Shown here piece after piece: positions 22,396-33,352 of a DNA stretch of 64,000 nt (positions are counted from its first letter, which is position 1; each line of letters starts with the position of its first letter). The translations under genes were made by a program, and so were the position numbers. The notes below the pieces were generated by a model that made no database searches, was not told the DNA's origin, and saw nothing but the letters and a program-made list of their open reading frames with translations. Origin of the DNA: an uncultured delta proteobacterium. Lineage in GTDB: Bacteria; Desulfobacterota; Syntrophia; Syntrophales; UBA2185. The DNA is taken from NCBI GenBank assembly GCA_963695875.1, contig CAVOID010000008.1:128001-192000 (forward strand). The letters are read 5' to 3'.

Positions 22396-24769
22396 GTTTT
22401 ATCAGTAATCACGTCAATAATATCCAAGGCTGTTTTCTTTGCAGCGGGACCGACTTCAAGGGTTGGTCCCACACAGCTCGGGCATCCCATGGTTACACGG
22501 GCAGCTGCTGTATCAAGTTTACGAGCCGCTCTTAAAAGGCGGTCATGCTCCTCATACAAAAGATCTGAGAAACCGATTCCGCCGGGATAGGTATCAAAAA
22601 TGAAAACGGTGGGATCAAAGGCGTCTACCATGATAAGAGCCGGCTTCGCATTGTCTTTTGATGAAGACGTAATGGATCGCTTTCCGGCTCCATGACGCAC
22701 AAACCATTCACCGCTCTTGTCACCGATACAACGATCTATGTCACGAACATCGGCCATCAGTAACATTGCCGCAAGATGGTGCAGGCTGTATGCTAAGCCT
22801 GACAATCCATCGATAAGCTCTTCCTGCGTATGCGGCAGTTGATAGAGCAAATCTCTGGGAATGGTAAACCAGTAGCTGGTCGTGTGCATATCTTTCTCCG
22901 GTAGAGTCACATCACCGTAACCAAGATTTTCTGAGGTATAAAATTTTATTTTCTTATATCCTACTACCTTTCGCACCACCTGCACGTCGCCATGTTCGAT
23001 AATTATTTTTTTTTGTTTTTTGGCAAAGCTGTCGATTACGCGTACGTTTGTGTAAGTCATGGCATCGGTGAAATAATCTGCGTCAACCTTATGCACATAG
23101 GCTGTCTTGCGTTCCAGATCAAGCTTGTCCACGTGGTACTGCTGGGACTCAACCATGTAAATGGCGTCGTCATGGACTGTGGTAAAGGCGCTGTCCCAGT
23201 CCACCTCGGCGATGACTTCGTGTGATCCTGTTTCTGTCGTATCCACGACGACAACATTTTCGGGATTTATAGATCGCAGACTGACCTCATCAGCAGGATA
23301 GCTTTCCGCCGTCCAGTGCCATCGTTCATCAACTCTGTGAAGCACTCCCTTTTCTTCCAGATAGTTAAGCAGCTCCTCCAGATTCTCGCCTCCAAAGCGT
23401 CTCTCCTCTTTCGAAGGGGAGCTCAAAGGCGGCACTCTTCAAATGGTGAAGGAGTATGAGGAGGTTATCGGGATTGACCCTGCAATGTTCAGGCGAACGG
23501 GAAAAAAAGTAATCCGGGTTCTCTACGATGAACTGGTCCATGGGATTGCTGCGGGCAATGAGAATGGCGAGACTGTGCCCCGTCCGCCTGCCCTGCCCTC
23601 CCGGCCTGCTGCCACGTACTGGCAATGGAGCCCGGGTATCCGACCATTATGCATGATTCCAGATCGCCGATGTCGATTCCCAGTTCGAGGGCATTGGTAC
23701 TCACAACGCCCATGATGTCACGATCACGCAACCCCCGCTCTATCTGACGGCGCAGGTTCGGGAGGTAGCCGCCGCGGTAACCGGTAACAAAATGATTATC
23801 AATGGGCTTCCCTTTAGTGAATTCATCCTTGAGATACTTCGTGAGAACCTCGACATTCAAGCGGCTGGTAGTGAATACGATGGTCTGTATCTTGGTTTGT
23901 TATAAGTTCGGTTGCCAGTTTCCTCGCGGGTGTCATTGCAGATTGGCGAATTCCGAGTTCACGATTGACGATGGGTGGATTGTAGAGAATAAACGTTTTT
24001 GATGCCGTAGGAGCGCCGCTCTGTTCGATCAGTTCTACGGGCCGCTCAAGCAGGCGCTCGGCATGTTCCTTCGGGATTGGCGACCGTTGCGGAACAGCAG
24101 ATGAAGACGGGTTCCTGACCATAAAAGCGGCATATTCTCACAAGTCGCCGTATTACGTTCGTAAAATGGGATCCGAACACTCCGCGGTAAACGTGCAGCT
24201 CATCGATCACGACATACTTGAGATTGGCAAATAGTTTTTGCCATTTGGTGTGGTGCGGTAATATTCCCGCATGAAGCATGTCAGGGTTGGTAACAACGAC
24301 ATGACCCTGCTTGCGGATTGCCTGGCGGGCATCATCGGGAGTATCGCCGTCATATGTGTATGTTTTGATATCAGCCTTCAAATCAGAAATAAGGCTGTGC
24401 ACCTCATGCATTTGATCCTGTGCGAGGGCCTTTGTGGGAAATATATAGAGCGCACGCGTTTCCGGTTCTTCGAGGATGCGGTTCAGGACAGGTAAATTAT
24501 AGCAGAGCGTCTTGCCGCTCGCCGTCGGTGTGACCAACACCACGTTGCGGTTGTCCCGCACCATGTTCCACAGCTTGAGCCTGGTGGCTGTAAAGCTGAC
24601 CCATGCCTCTCTTCGCGAGGACGGATTGAAGCCGTGGGTGAACCCAATCTGGAAAGGCGGCGAATTGTCCTTTGGAGGCGGGGAGTTGTTTCATAGCCCG
24701 GACATTCTCCATGAAACGCCGGTCATTTTCCTTCCGGGATAACAATTCCTTAATGGTTAGTGTGGGCAT
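22392..24769 (-). CDS. YprA/MrfA-like DEAD/DEAH helicase with DUF1998 (frameshifted)
   Basis: [59 protein letters not shown]. Confidence 0.9.
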
Positions 24770-24826
24770 AGAGGCTACCAGGATTTGCAGAATAATTTAT
24801 CACGCTGCTGAAGATTTTTTGTTTAT

Positions 24827-25363
24827 TTACCCCCTTTCGTATTCTTCCACAAGCTTTTTATACTTCTCGTGGATCATGTTCTTATCAAATTCCCAGAATT
24901 CCTTCAACATCGCATTCTGTTCTCTCGGTGTGAAATAATCAAGTATGGGGAAGAAGAAGTGTTTATCTTCTTTTTCGATGTGTTTGGGATACAGATCAAC
25001 AATCTTTTGCAGACATAGAACTACATCTGCTGAGCTGATGCTGTCGCCTTCCAGATATTTTTTATTGGCTTCCAGCAGTCTGCCGACGATTTTCCGTGCT
25101 AAGATGTGTTCTTCGACCAGCTCTTTCATGATCCTTTCATGTTCCGGTGAGAGATTCTTCGTAGCAAGGTCTCTGAAAAGGATATCCTCTTCTTTACCGT
25201 GATGGGTTCGATCTGCGTAGGTTCTGAAGAAATCGACGGCAGAGGCGATAAAAACCGTGTTTACTTTGTTCTGTTCTTTAATCCTTGCGATTTCACCATA
25301 GAATAGACGAGCCATCTTTTCAATTAGCCTGTGTTCCCACATTAATGGGCCGATCGGTTTCAT
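24827..25363 (-). CDS. Hemerythrin domain protein
   Basis: EH..HHGKEEDILF..EH..HIEKEDKHFFP di-iron motifs. Confidence 0.9.
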   Translation of the reverse strand: MKPIGPLMWEHRLIEKMARLFYGEIARIKEQNKVNTVFIASAVDFFRTYADRTHHGKEEDILFRDLATKNLSPEHERIMKELVEEHILARKIVGRLLEANKKYLEGDSISSADVVLCLQKIVDLYPKHIEKEDKHFFFPILDYFTPREQNAMLKEFWEFDKNMIHEKYKKLVEEYERG

Positions 25364-25406
25364 TACTTATCCCCCCATTATTCTGTGTCATACTGTTGTT
25401 TATTAT

Positions 25407-25437
25407 CCGTAGGACAGGCGCGATGCCTGCCCTGCGG
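25407..25437. repeat. REP-like GTAG palindrome between hcp and hemerythrin
   Basis: CCGTAGGACAGGC-GCGAT-GCCTGCCCTGCGG near-perfect hairpin with no U-tract. Confidence 0.55.
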
Positions 25438-25447
25438 TGGATTTTCA

Positions 25448-27077
25448 TTACCCTAAAATTGCCTTTAAGTCTGCCTCCGGAGTCGTGATTGGTTTGATGT
25501 TGAATGTCTTAACCAGGACATCCAGAACATTGGGTGTAGTGAATGCCGGGAGAGATGGACCGAGGCGAATATTCTTTATCCCAAGGTAAAGCAGCGTGAG
25601 GAGAATAGCGACAGCCTTCTGTTCATACCAGGAAAGGACCATGGACAATGGGAGTTCGTTAACGCCCACACCAAATGCCTTGGACAGGGCTATGGCAACC
25701 TGAATGGCAGAATATGCATCGTTGCACTGTCCCACATCGAGCAATCTCGGGATTCCGCCAATGTCACCCAGGTCTTGGTCGAAAAAGCGGAACTTCCCAC
25801 AGGCAAGGGTAAGGACGACACAGTCCTTGGGAACCTGTTCAACGAATCTTGTATAATAGTTGCGGCCGGGCTTGGCACCGTCACAGCCTGCCACGAGGAA
25901 GAAGTGACGGATATTTTTGTTTTTCACCGCTTCAATAACCTTATCGGCCACACTCAGGATCGCATTCCTTCCGAATCCTACAGTAACAGACCGGCCGTTT
26001 GAATCAGCCGTGAACCCAGGCATTACAATGGCTCTTTTAATTACGGGTGTAAAATCACGGTCTACGATATGAGTAATGTCCGGCCAGCCTACCTGTCCGG
26101 CAGTAAAAATGTTGGCTTTGTAAGAGTCTTGAGGTCTCTGGATACAGTTGGTGGTCATCAGAATTGCCCCGGGAAAGGCGGCAAACTCCTTGTGCTGATT
26201 CTGCCAGGCAGTGCCATAATGGCCATAGAAATGTTCGTATTTCTTGAGTCCGGGATAACCGTGACTGGGGAGCATCTCGCCATGCGTGTAGATATAAATG
26301 CCTTTGCCCGCGGTTTGCTTGAGTAATTCTTCGAGATCTTTGAGATCATGTCCCGATATGAGAATTGCCTTTCCCCTTTTTGTACCAAGGGGGACTTTTG
26401 TCGGTACAGGGTGACCATAAGTTTCTGTGTGGGCAGCATCCAGAAGCTCCATGGTCTTTAGATTTATTTCGCCGCATTTAAGAACGAGATTAAGTCCTTC
26501 TTCGAGAGTCATCTTTTCGTCGGAAAGCGCAGCAAGCCCTTCCTGCATAAAGGCATATACGTTATCGTCCTCTTTACCCAAGACCTGGGCGTGATCCATG
26601 TAAGCTGCTATTCCCCGTATGCCAAACAAAAGGATATGCTTAAGTGATAGAATGTCTGAATTCGCGGCAGGATAGGTCTGCAAGCCAACTTTTTCACCCT
26701 GTGCGACCAGTTTGCTCAGTGTCCCGGCAGGTTTGATCAGGACGTAATCCTGCGACAAATTTACTCGTCCACTTGCCGCCTTTACCTCTTTGATCAAGGC
26801 ATCTCTGTACGTCACGCATTCCTTGAGCAGATGCATGAATCGTGAAGGGGTCAAAATTAACATTTGTAAGTGTGGAAAAAAGAGACTGGCATGTGAAAAC
26901 ATTGATATTGCGGTCATTGATGCCGACCTTTCTCCCGGCGACAGCAACAAGGGAAAGTCCTATCAAAGAGTAGGTTAGCAAGTCCTGCAGGGCGGCAACA
27001 TTCGGCTGTTTTCCGCAAACTCCGGATTTAACACATCCTTCTCCTTTAGCGGTTTGTTCACATTGGTAGCAAAACAT
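25448..27077 (-). CDS. hcp: Hybrid cluster protein (hydroxylamine/NO reductase; frameshift near 26850)
   Basis: MFCYQCEQT..C...GVCGK, SGHDL, YTHGEMLP, TTNC, GCDG, LACGK, GQCND, SWYEQKA; SD GGAGG. Confidence 0.96.
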
Positions 27078-27164
27078 AATGGGCCTCCTATCGAAAGTAT
27101 TGTATTCAGGCACGGTAAAGAACCTGAATATGGTCTCTTGATGTCACATGCGGAGATATGCGTC

Positions 27165-27180
27165 TTTGACTTATGTCAAA
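27165..27180. promoter_or_regulatory. HcpR/FNR-type binding site upstream of hcp
   Basis: Perfect palindrome TTTGAC-TTAT-GTCAAA about 90 bp upstream of the hcp ATG. Confidence 0.75.
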
Positions 27181-27456
27181 AGACCTTAAGAAATCTTGGT
27201 TCTTCTCCTGTTTAGGTGGGAAGATGCCTTGTCTAGGCATCGATACCATTCTTCTTGATCATTAAAATATTGTGCACGCGAGTGAAAAGGTATGAATTAC
27301 CGGAAAGAAATTACTTTACTTATTTGCAGCAGGCAATAGGGATTAAATAGAAGAATAATGGCAGGTTAAAGCTACCTCTTCCCTATCAATAAACTGTCCC
27401 TTGGCTTGCAGGATCGAGGGATAGGGGTGTTCTTCATATTTTGCAGTGAATTAAAG

Positions 27457-27747
27457 TTATTTAAAAAGATCATCCAGCTTCTTGCGAATCGAGTCGTCAC
27501 TTTGTTTTGATTTATCTTCTGGGGCGGTGTCCCTGAAATTGAAATAATCGCAAAAATTGCTTCGATCCTTGTCAATGACCCTGTCGGCCTGCGGTTCATA
27601 GCACTGGTTATATGAGCCAGAATCATAGTGTCGACAATTAAGGCAGCAGCGGAGGTCCGACTGGCAGAAAGGACAGATGTCTTTCCTCCCGACAATTTTA
27701 TCAACTTTAACTTCATTTTTGCACTTGTAACATTTCTTCATAATCAT
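27457..27747 (-). CDS. Small Cys-rich (zinc-ribbon-like) protein
   Basis: CYKC, CPFC, CCLNC, C..E..R..DK.R.NFCDYF. Confidence 0.75.
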   Translation of the reverse strand: MIMKKCYKCKNEVKVDKIVGRKDICPFCQSDLRCCLNCRHYDSGSYNQCYEPQADRVIDKDRSNFCDYFNFRDTAPEDKSKQSDDSIRKKLDDLFK

Positions 27748-27762
27748 CCGGACATCCCGTGA

Positions 27763-28296
27763 TCATATATCTCCGATAGTAAACCTCCACCGACAGAATG
27801 TATGGTCAGGATGCGGATCAGGAGGGGCAAAGATGCATTCGACTTTTATGCGGTCGTCGATGACCTTCGCAAAATTTTCAAACTCGCCGCGGTGCATCTC
27901 TTTGCAGAAGAATTCCGGCAGACCTTTATTGACTCTTGCCACCTGAGGTGCGCATCTTGGTATGGATATGAACACCTCATCACCCTTTTCCTCAATGTCG
28001 TATCCTATAATCATAGCCCACGGAAAGAGCCTCTGGGCTTTTGCGAAACCGTGCAACCCTTTTTCTGCAATACGGAAACGCTTCAGGATATCATTGGCGG
28101 CCATACCCGCGGCCTTTGCCCAGACCCTCTCATTGATGCGCTCCGCTGTTTGCTGGTCAAACTCATCTGATACGAAGAGAAACCAGAAACCGTCAATCAC
28201 CCTGTAATGCCAGAGTAAAAACTCAAGATAGTTCTTGATTTCGGAAGGCTCCATATTTTCTAACGGGGAAAGATCAATCGGCGCTATACTTTTCAT
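27763..28296 (-). CDS. Conserved hypothetical (DUF6125-like, V4R/ligand-binding-like)
   Basis: W..IDGFWF, C..Q.AR..KGL..F.CK, CIFAPPD.HP...CRWRF. Confidence 0.7.
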   Translation of the reverse strand: MKSIAPIDLSPLENMEPSEIKNYLEFLLWHYRVIDGFWFLFVSDEFDQQTAERINERVWAKAAGMAANDILKRFRIAEKGLHGFAKAQRLFPWAMIIGYDIEEKGDEVFISIPRCAPQVARVNKGLPEFFCKEMHRGEFENFAKVIDDRIKVECIFAPPDPHPDHTFCRWRFTIGDI

Positions 28297-28297
28297 T

Positions 28298-28618
28298 TTA
28301 TCGATAATCCTCTCTCGCGGGATAAAAGACGTCGATGAGTTGGCAATCGGTTATCGCTTTGCCATGATGTTTCGCATTTGAAGGAATAATGACAGCGAAC
28401 CCCGGCTCAATAATTTTTGTCTCCCCTTCGATAGTAAATTGAAATGTGCCTTTTGTCACCGTTGTGATCTGCTCATTGGTATGTGAATGGTGAGGCAGTG
28501 AGGAACCCGCTCTGACATCCCAGAAGACAAGCGTCATGTTTTCAGAATGGATCATCTTTGCCGTGAATCCGGGCACGATTTCTCTTTCTTTAACGTCAGC
28601 CAGATTGATGAATGGCAT
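28298..28618 (-). CDS. Cupin domain protein
   Basis: PHHSHTNEQ, IPSNAKH, DVFYPAREDY. Confidence 0.88.
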   Translation of the reverse strand: MPFINLADVKEREIVPGFTAKMIHSENMTLVFWDVRAGSSLPHHSHTNEQITTVTKGTFQFTIEGETKIIEPGFAVIIPSNAKHHGKAITDCQLIDVFYPAREDYR

Positions 28619-28739
28619 GATTGCGCCTTCCTTTATCAGTATCATGTCAAAGAAAAATTTTTATTGATAATGAAGTGTGTTAATGGTATTTAAAAAAATC
28701 TGTGCCATAAACTGCTAACAATCATTTGACACAAACTGC

Positions 28740-28813
28740 TGGGGGATCGTTCAATGGTAGGACAACGGACTCTGACTCCGTATATCCAGGTTCGAATCCT
28801 GGTCTCCCAGCCA
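28740..28813 (+). tRNA. tRNA-Gln(CTG)
   Basis: Acceptor TGGGGGA/TCTCCCA, anticodon arm ACGGA-CTCTGAC-TCCGT, T-loop GGTTCGAATCC, encoded CCA; 74 nt. Confidence 0.97.
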
Positions 28814-28822
28814 TGAATAACA

Positions 28823-28860
28823 GGTGGGTTTAGCTCCATTGAGCCAAACCCATTTTTGTT
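28823..28860 (+). terminator. Terminator after tRNA-Gln
   Basis: GTGGGTTT-A-GCTC-CATT-GAGC-C-AAACCCAT followed by a T-run. Confidence 0.75.
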
Positions 28861-28906
28861 TAATAAGGGCCTTGTATTACTCCTCAGGCAGTTTGTATTC
28901 TCTTTG

Positions 28907-30600
28907 TTATTTCCCTGAAATTTTAGCCCAGGAATCCCGCAATGTGACGGTTCGGTTGAATACGAGGGCTTTATCGGAGGAATCAACAGAATCCATACAG
29001 AAATAGCCGAGATCTTTCAAACTGGAATCGATTTCCTGGTGTCGCACTTGCCAGGCTTGGTTCTATCCTGCACGACTTAAGAATTTCTAAAGATTTCGGA
29101 TTCAGGTACTCAGTAAAATCCGAACCTTCCGCCAGAGGATTGGCGACACTGAAAAGACGGTCGTAAAGGCGCACTTCGGCTGGGAGTGAGTGAGCCGCCG
29201 ATACCCAGTGGATGGTTGCGTCAACCTTTCGTCCGTCAGGGGCAAATCCGCTTCGCGTTTCGGGATCATAGGTGCAGTGCACTTCGATCAACTTCTCCCG
29301 TACCCGGATCTTTAACGACATTCACGCATTTTATAAAGTAACCGTAGCGGAGACGCACTTCTCTTCCCGGGAGCCAGCCGGAAAAACTTCTTGGGCGGAT
29401 TCTCCATGAAATCGTCCTGTTCTATGTAGAGCATCACGGGAGAAGGGGACTTTCCGGGATCCCATTTCGGGTTTCTGGGGATGATAAGGGCAATCGAACT
29501 CCTCAACCCGGCCTTCCGGGTAGTTGTCGATGACCACGCGAAGCGGACGGAGCACGGCCATAACACGGGGAGCCTTTTCATTCAGGTCTTCCCTTACACA
29601 GTTCTCAAGTAAAGCCATATCTACGAGTGCTGTCATTCTTGGCAACGCCGATGCGTTCACAGAAGTCACGGATCGCTTCGGGGGTGTAACCCCGTCTTCG
29701 CATACCCGATATAGTGGGCATCTGCGGATCATCCCATCCGCTGACAATCTTTTTTTCCACCAATTCGAGAAGCTTGCGTTTGCTCATGATGGTGTAGCTG
29801 AGGTTGAGACGGGCGAATTCGATCTGCTGTGGACGGTGTTCCACTTTCAACTTCTTCCAGAAACCAGTCGTAGAGAGGCCGGTTGTTTTCGAACTCCAGG
29901 GTGCAGATTGAATGGGTGATTCCTTCGATGGAGTCCGAGAGGCAATGAGCAAAATCGTACATCGGATAGATGCACCATGTATCACCGGTTCGATAGTGCG
30001 TCTCTTTTTTAATGCGGTACATGACCGGATCCCGCATGGTGATATTGGGAGAGGCCATGTCAATTTTGGCCCGAAGGACACGGGCTGCCGTCCTCAAACT
30101 CTCCGGCCCGCATGCGTTCGAACAAATCCAGGTTTTCTTCCATTGATCTGTTCCGATAGGGGCTTTCCTTTGCCCGGTTCCGTAAAGGTACCCCGGTACT
30201 CCCGAATCTCATCCGCGCTCAAGTCGCAGACATAGGCCTTGCCCATTTTGATCAGCTGCACGGCATACTGGTAAAGCTTTTCATAGTAATCGGAGGCATA
30301 ATACAAACGATCCTCCCAGTCAAAACCCAGCCACTTCACATCCCGGATGATCGACTCCACATATTCCATGCTCTCCCCGCTCGGATCCGTATCATCCATG
30401 CGCAGATTGCAGGTGCCCCCGTACTGGAGCGCAATGCCGAAATTGAGGCAGATAGACTTGGCATGTCCGATATGGGGGTATCCATTCGGTTCCGGCGGAA
30501 ACCGGGTGGCCACACGCCCCTGATGCTTGTTGGTTTTCAGGTCCTCTTCGATAATATCTCTGATGAAATCGGACGGGAGCGATGAACTGGTCTGGACCAT
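28907..30600 (-). CDS. glnS: Glutamine--tRNA ligase (multiple frameshifts)
   Basis: [64 protein letters not shown]. Confidence 0.95.
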
Positions 30601-30663
30601 AGAGTTGATTTCCTTTCTCCTGCTCTAATATAAATCAAAAGATCAAGATCCATATATTGATAG

Positions 30664-31498
30664 CTACTTAATCTCGTTTAGTTTCGCCCTTGCCGTTCGT
30701 TCCTGGCTGGTGTTGGGATAATCCTTAACGACCTGCTGCAGAATAACCCTTGCGCTGGACTTATCACCCAGGATCAAGAAGGAAAATCCCTGCTTCAGCA
30801 ATGCGGACGATACTTTGCTGCCTTTAGGATAGTTTTTGACTACTTTATCGTATTCCAGGATGGCCTCTTCATATTTCTTTTCAAAATAATAACACTCTCC
30901 TATCCAGAACTGGGCATGATCAGAATATTCCGTGTTCGGGTATAGATTGAGATAATTTTTAAACTCCGTCCTGGCCTTGTCATACTTTCCTTCTTTAAAA
31001 GTTTCATAGGCTAATGTATAAAGCGACTCTTGGTCTGTTTTACCGGGTAATGCCTTCGTCGAATCGACCTGCATCTCTTTTCCGGCCCCTGCGGATTGAG
31101 CCTCCTTCTTAATCTCAAGTAATTTTTCTATGTAGCTGAGCCGGAAAGATATATCGTCAAGATTCTTTCTTATGCCCTTGTATTCTTCATCATCACGAGG
31201 CAGTCTGTGCTTTCAAGTTTGAGACATCTTTTCCTATTACTTCGCGATCTCCTTTCAGATTCTGCATATCTTCCCGCATGTCGGTAATATCTGCGCCGGT
31301 ATCGGCAAGCGTCTTGCGTAATGTACTCAAAGAATCATTAACCTTTCCGAAATCATTACGGATTCCCGCATTTTCTGCTTTTAAAGACTTGGTTTCAGCT
31401 TCAAGCTTTCCCTGCACACGCTGAAGGTCTTCTGTCGTTGCACAGCCAATGATGAATGCGAGACACACAGTCATAAAAAGGGAATAATATTTTTTCAA
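30664..31498 (-). CDS. cpoB: Tol-Pal system protein CpoB/YbgF (frameshift near 31195)
   Basis: Lipoprotein signal (IIGC), coiled coil, TPR with AQFWIGECYY and ALLKQG. Confidence 0.85.
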
Positions 31499-31842
31499 TT
31501 TCTAGATCCTCCAATCACAATCGCATTCTAAATATCATAAACTTAAATCATTTTACATAAGAAAAAGCACAGATTTTTATTTCGCTAAATCTTATTTAAG
31601 ATAAGGAAAAGGATGCAAAACACGGATAACTGGCATGATCATCTGAAGATGAATCATTTAATATCCTGCATAAAGAGTAAAGCTCAGGTCATATATTTAT
31701 CCCTATTGCCATAGGTAGGTACCTCCTACTATTTCACATCTATTTTATGCTTATTGCATCGCATCATTATACGAATTAATCTTCAACACAGAGAGACAGA
31801 TCCTAATATCATGAAACCAATCCTGGAAGGAGGTATTCAAAA

Positions 31843-32013
31843 ATGATGAGCAAGGAAGCGAAACCCGGCAGAAATTATTTCGTTGTCAATATCGATGAGC
31901 CTTATGCCGAAAAAATATATGATGTCTTGAAAAAGGGTCAAATGGCTAAGGGAAAATGGCCGGAAGGGGATATTTCATTCGAAGAATGGAAGAAGAAGAA
32001 ATTTAAATCATGA
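31843..32013 (+). CDS. 56-aa hypothetical protein (not in ORF track)
   Basis: GGAGG SD at 31829; MMSKEAKPGRNYFVVNIDEPYAEKIYDVLKKGQMAKGKWPEGDISFEEWKKKKFKS. Confidence 0.7.
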   Translation: MMSKEAKPGRNYFVVNIDEPYAEKIYDVLKKGQMAKGKWPEGDISFEEWKKKKFKS

Positions 32014-32101
32014 CCCGGAAGAGGAAAGACAGACGGGACCTAGATTGCAGCTATGGTTCTGAGAAAAAGGGCCATCATCTGGCATAGACCTATAAATCAA
32101 A

Positions 32102-32599
32102 ATGGCCGGATTGCGATCGGCATCCTGTCATAAGGAAGGATTGATGGAGATGAACGGATTAGTACTGTTATTATTCATTGTGCTGATGCTGGGCTGCTCT
32201 GCAGGCCGGCCTGCCAATCTTGGCGTTACCCACGGCAAGCTCTTGCTGTGCCCGGATTCACCAAATTGCGTCTCTTCGCAAAGCCCAGATAAAAGGCACT
32301 TCATCGATCCCTTTCTCTATGAAGGGGAACAGCTGTTGGCCAGAGACCGTCTGGTTGCAGTGATTCAGGGGATGAAACGCTCGAAGATCGTGACTGCCAG
32401 TGATGATTACATCCATGCAGAATTCACTTCCGCTTTTTTCCGTTTCGTTGACGACGTCGAGTTCTACTTTGATAGTGAAGCAAAGACAATACACATGCGG
32501 TCTGCTTCCCGGATCGGGTATTCAGATTTTGGGGTCAACCGGAAAAGGCTGGAGGATATAAAGTCGATGTTAAAAGGTCCGCCGATGAGAAGTGGGTAG
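32102..32599 (+). CDS. DUF1499 family lipoprotein (true start probably about 40 nt downstream)
   Basis: CPDSPNCVSSQ, FVDDVEF, RSASRIGYSDFGVNRKR; lipobox MLGC. Confidence 0.88.
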   Translation: MAGLRSASCHKEGLMEMNGLVLLLFIVLMLGCSAGRPANLGVTHGKLLLCPDSPNCVSSQSPDKRHFIDPFLYEGEQLLARDRLVAVIQGMKRSKIVTASDDYIHAEFTSAFFRFVDDVEFYFDSEAKTIHMRSASRIGYSDFGVNRKRLEDIKSMLKGPPMRSG

Positions 32600-33328
32600 T
32601 TTCGTATGTTCCGGAGGCAGAAAAACGCGAAATTTACCGGAATGGGCTAAGAGGACATTGTGGGGTGTGGGGATCTCTTCCTCGGTCAGTATCCCCGATG
32701 AGGTGAAAATAGGAAGGTTTATATGTGAAACTTTACCAAAGCGCGGTTCAATAACGGAATGTTCTACCTCGAAACGAAGTAACTCTCCTGGTACAGTAAA
32801 GAATCCGATGGTCCCTCCCGTGATGTATTCGATAACTTTTCCCTGGTTTTCGAAGTCATGAATCGATTTAGCTTCTTGAGTTTCTTCCTGCGCTTCAATG
32901 CATATCTCCTCCCCCCATGTTCCCGTCACAGTGTATTTTACGTACCTGCCCTTGTCATCCTTTGATGCCTTTATATCAAATCTGATGTGTTCCCACGGTA
33001 TCTTTAGCAGATTAGTAAAAACAGCTATGAGCTTCGATGTGATACCGCTGCGAAGGAAAAAAACGCCTATTTTCCGCGTTTCTGGATCAAGAACATAGGT
33101 GCGCAAGTTAATCTGGTTATATGAGAAGTTGATTAAGGGCAGCCCGGATAACCGCACATACTTGTTGCGCAAGGCTACTACGGACACAAAGATATTCCCG
33201 TCGGATACTATTGCCGGATCAAGATTAGCAGGGATCAATGCACGTACTCTTGATTCAGGAACGAGATACGATACGTAGATGACGTCATGTATTGAGAGAT
33301 CAACTGAAAAATTCGGGATGAGTATCAT
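32570..33328 (-). CDS. DUF2071 / acetoacetate-decarboxylase-like fold protein
   Basis: FVSVVA..V....P.INFSYNQINLRTYV.....GVFFL pattern. Confidence 0.6.
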   Translation of the reverse strand: MILIPNFSVDLSIHDVIYVSYLVPESRVRALIPANLDPAIVSDGNIFVSVVALRNKYVRLSGLPLINFSYNQINLRTYVLDPETRKIGVFFLRSGITSKLIAVFTNLLKIPWEHIRFDIKASKDDKGRYVKYTVTGTWGEEICIEAQEETQEAKSIHDFENQGKVIEYITGGTIGFFTVPGELLRFEVEHSVIEPRFGKVSHINLPIFTSSGILTEEEIPTPHNVLLAHSGKFRVFLPPEHTKLPTSHRRTF

Positions 33329-33352
33329 CGGATGTCAGACAGTTCATGACTG

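Noticed and set aside
28740..28813. tRNA-Gln as the attachment site of an integrated element
   Set aside because: No integrase and no duplicated tRNA 3' end noticed; the flanks are ordinary genes.
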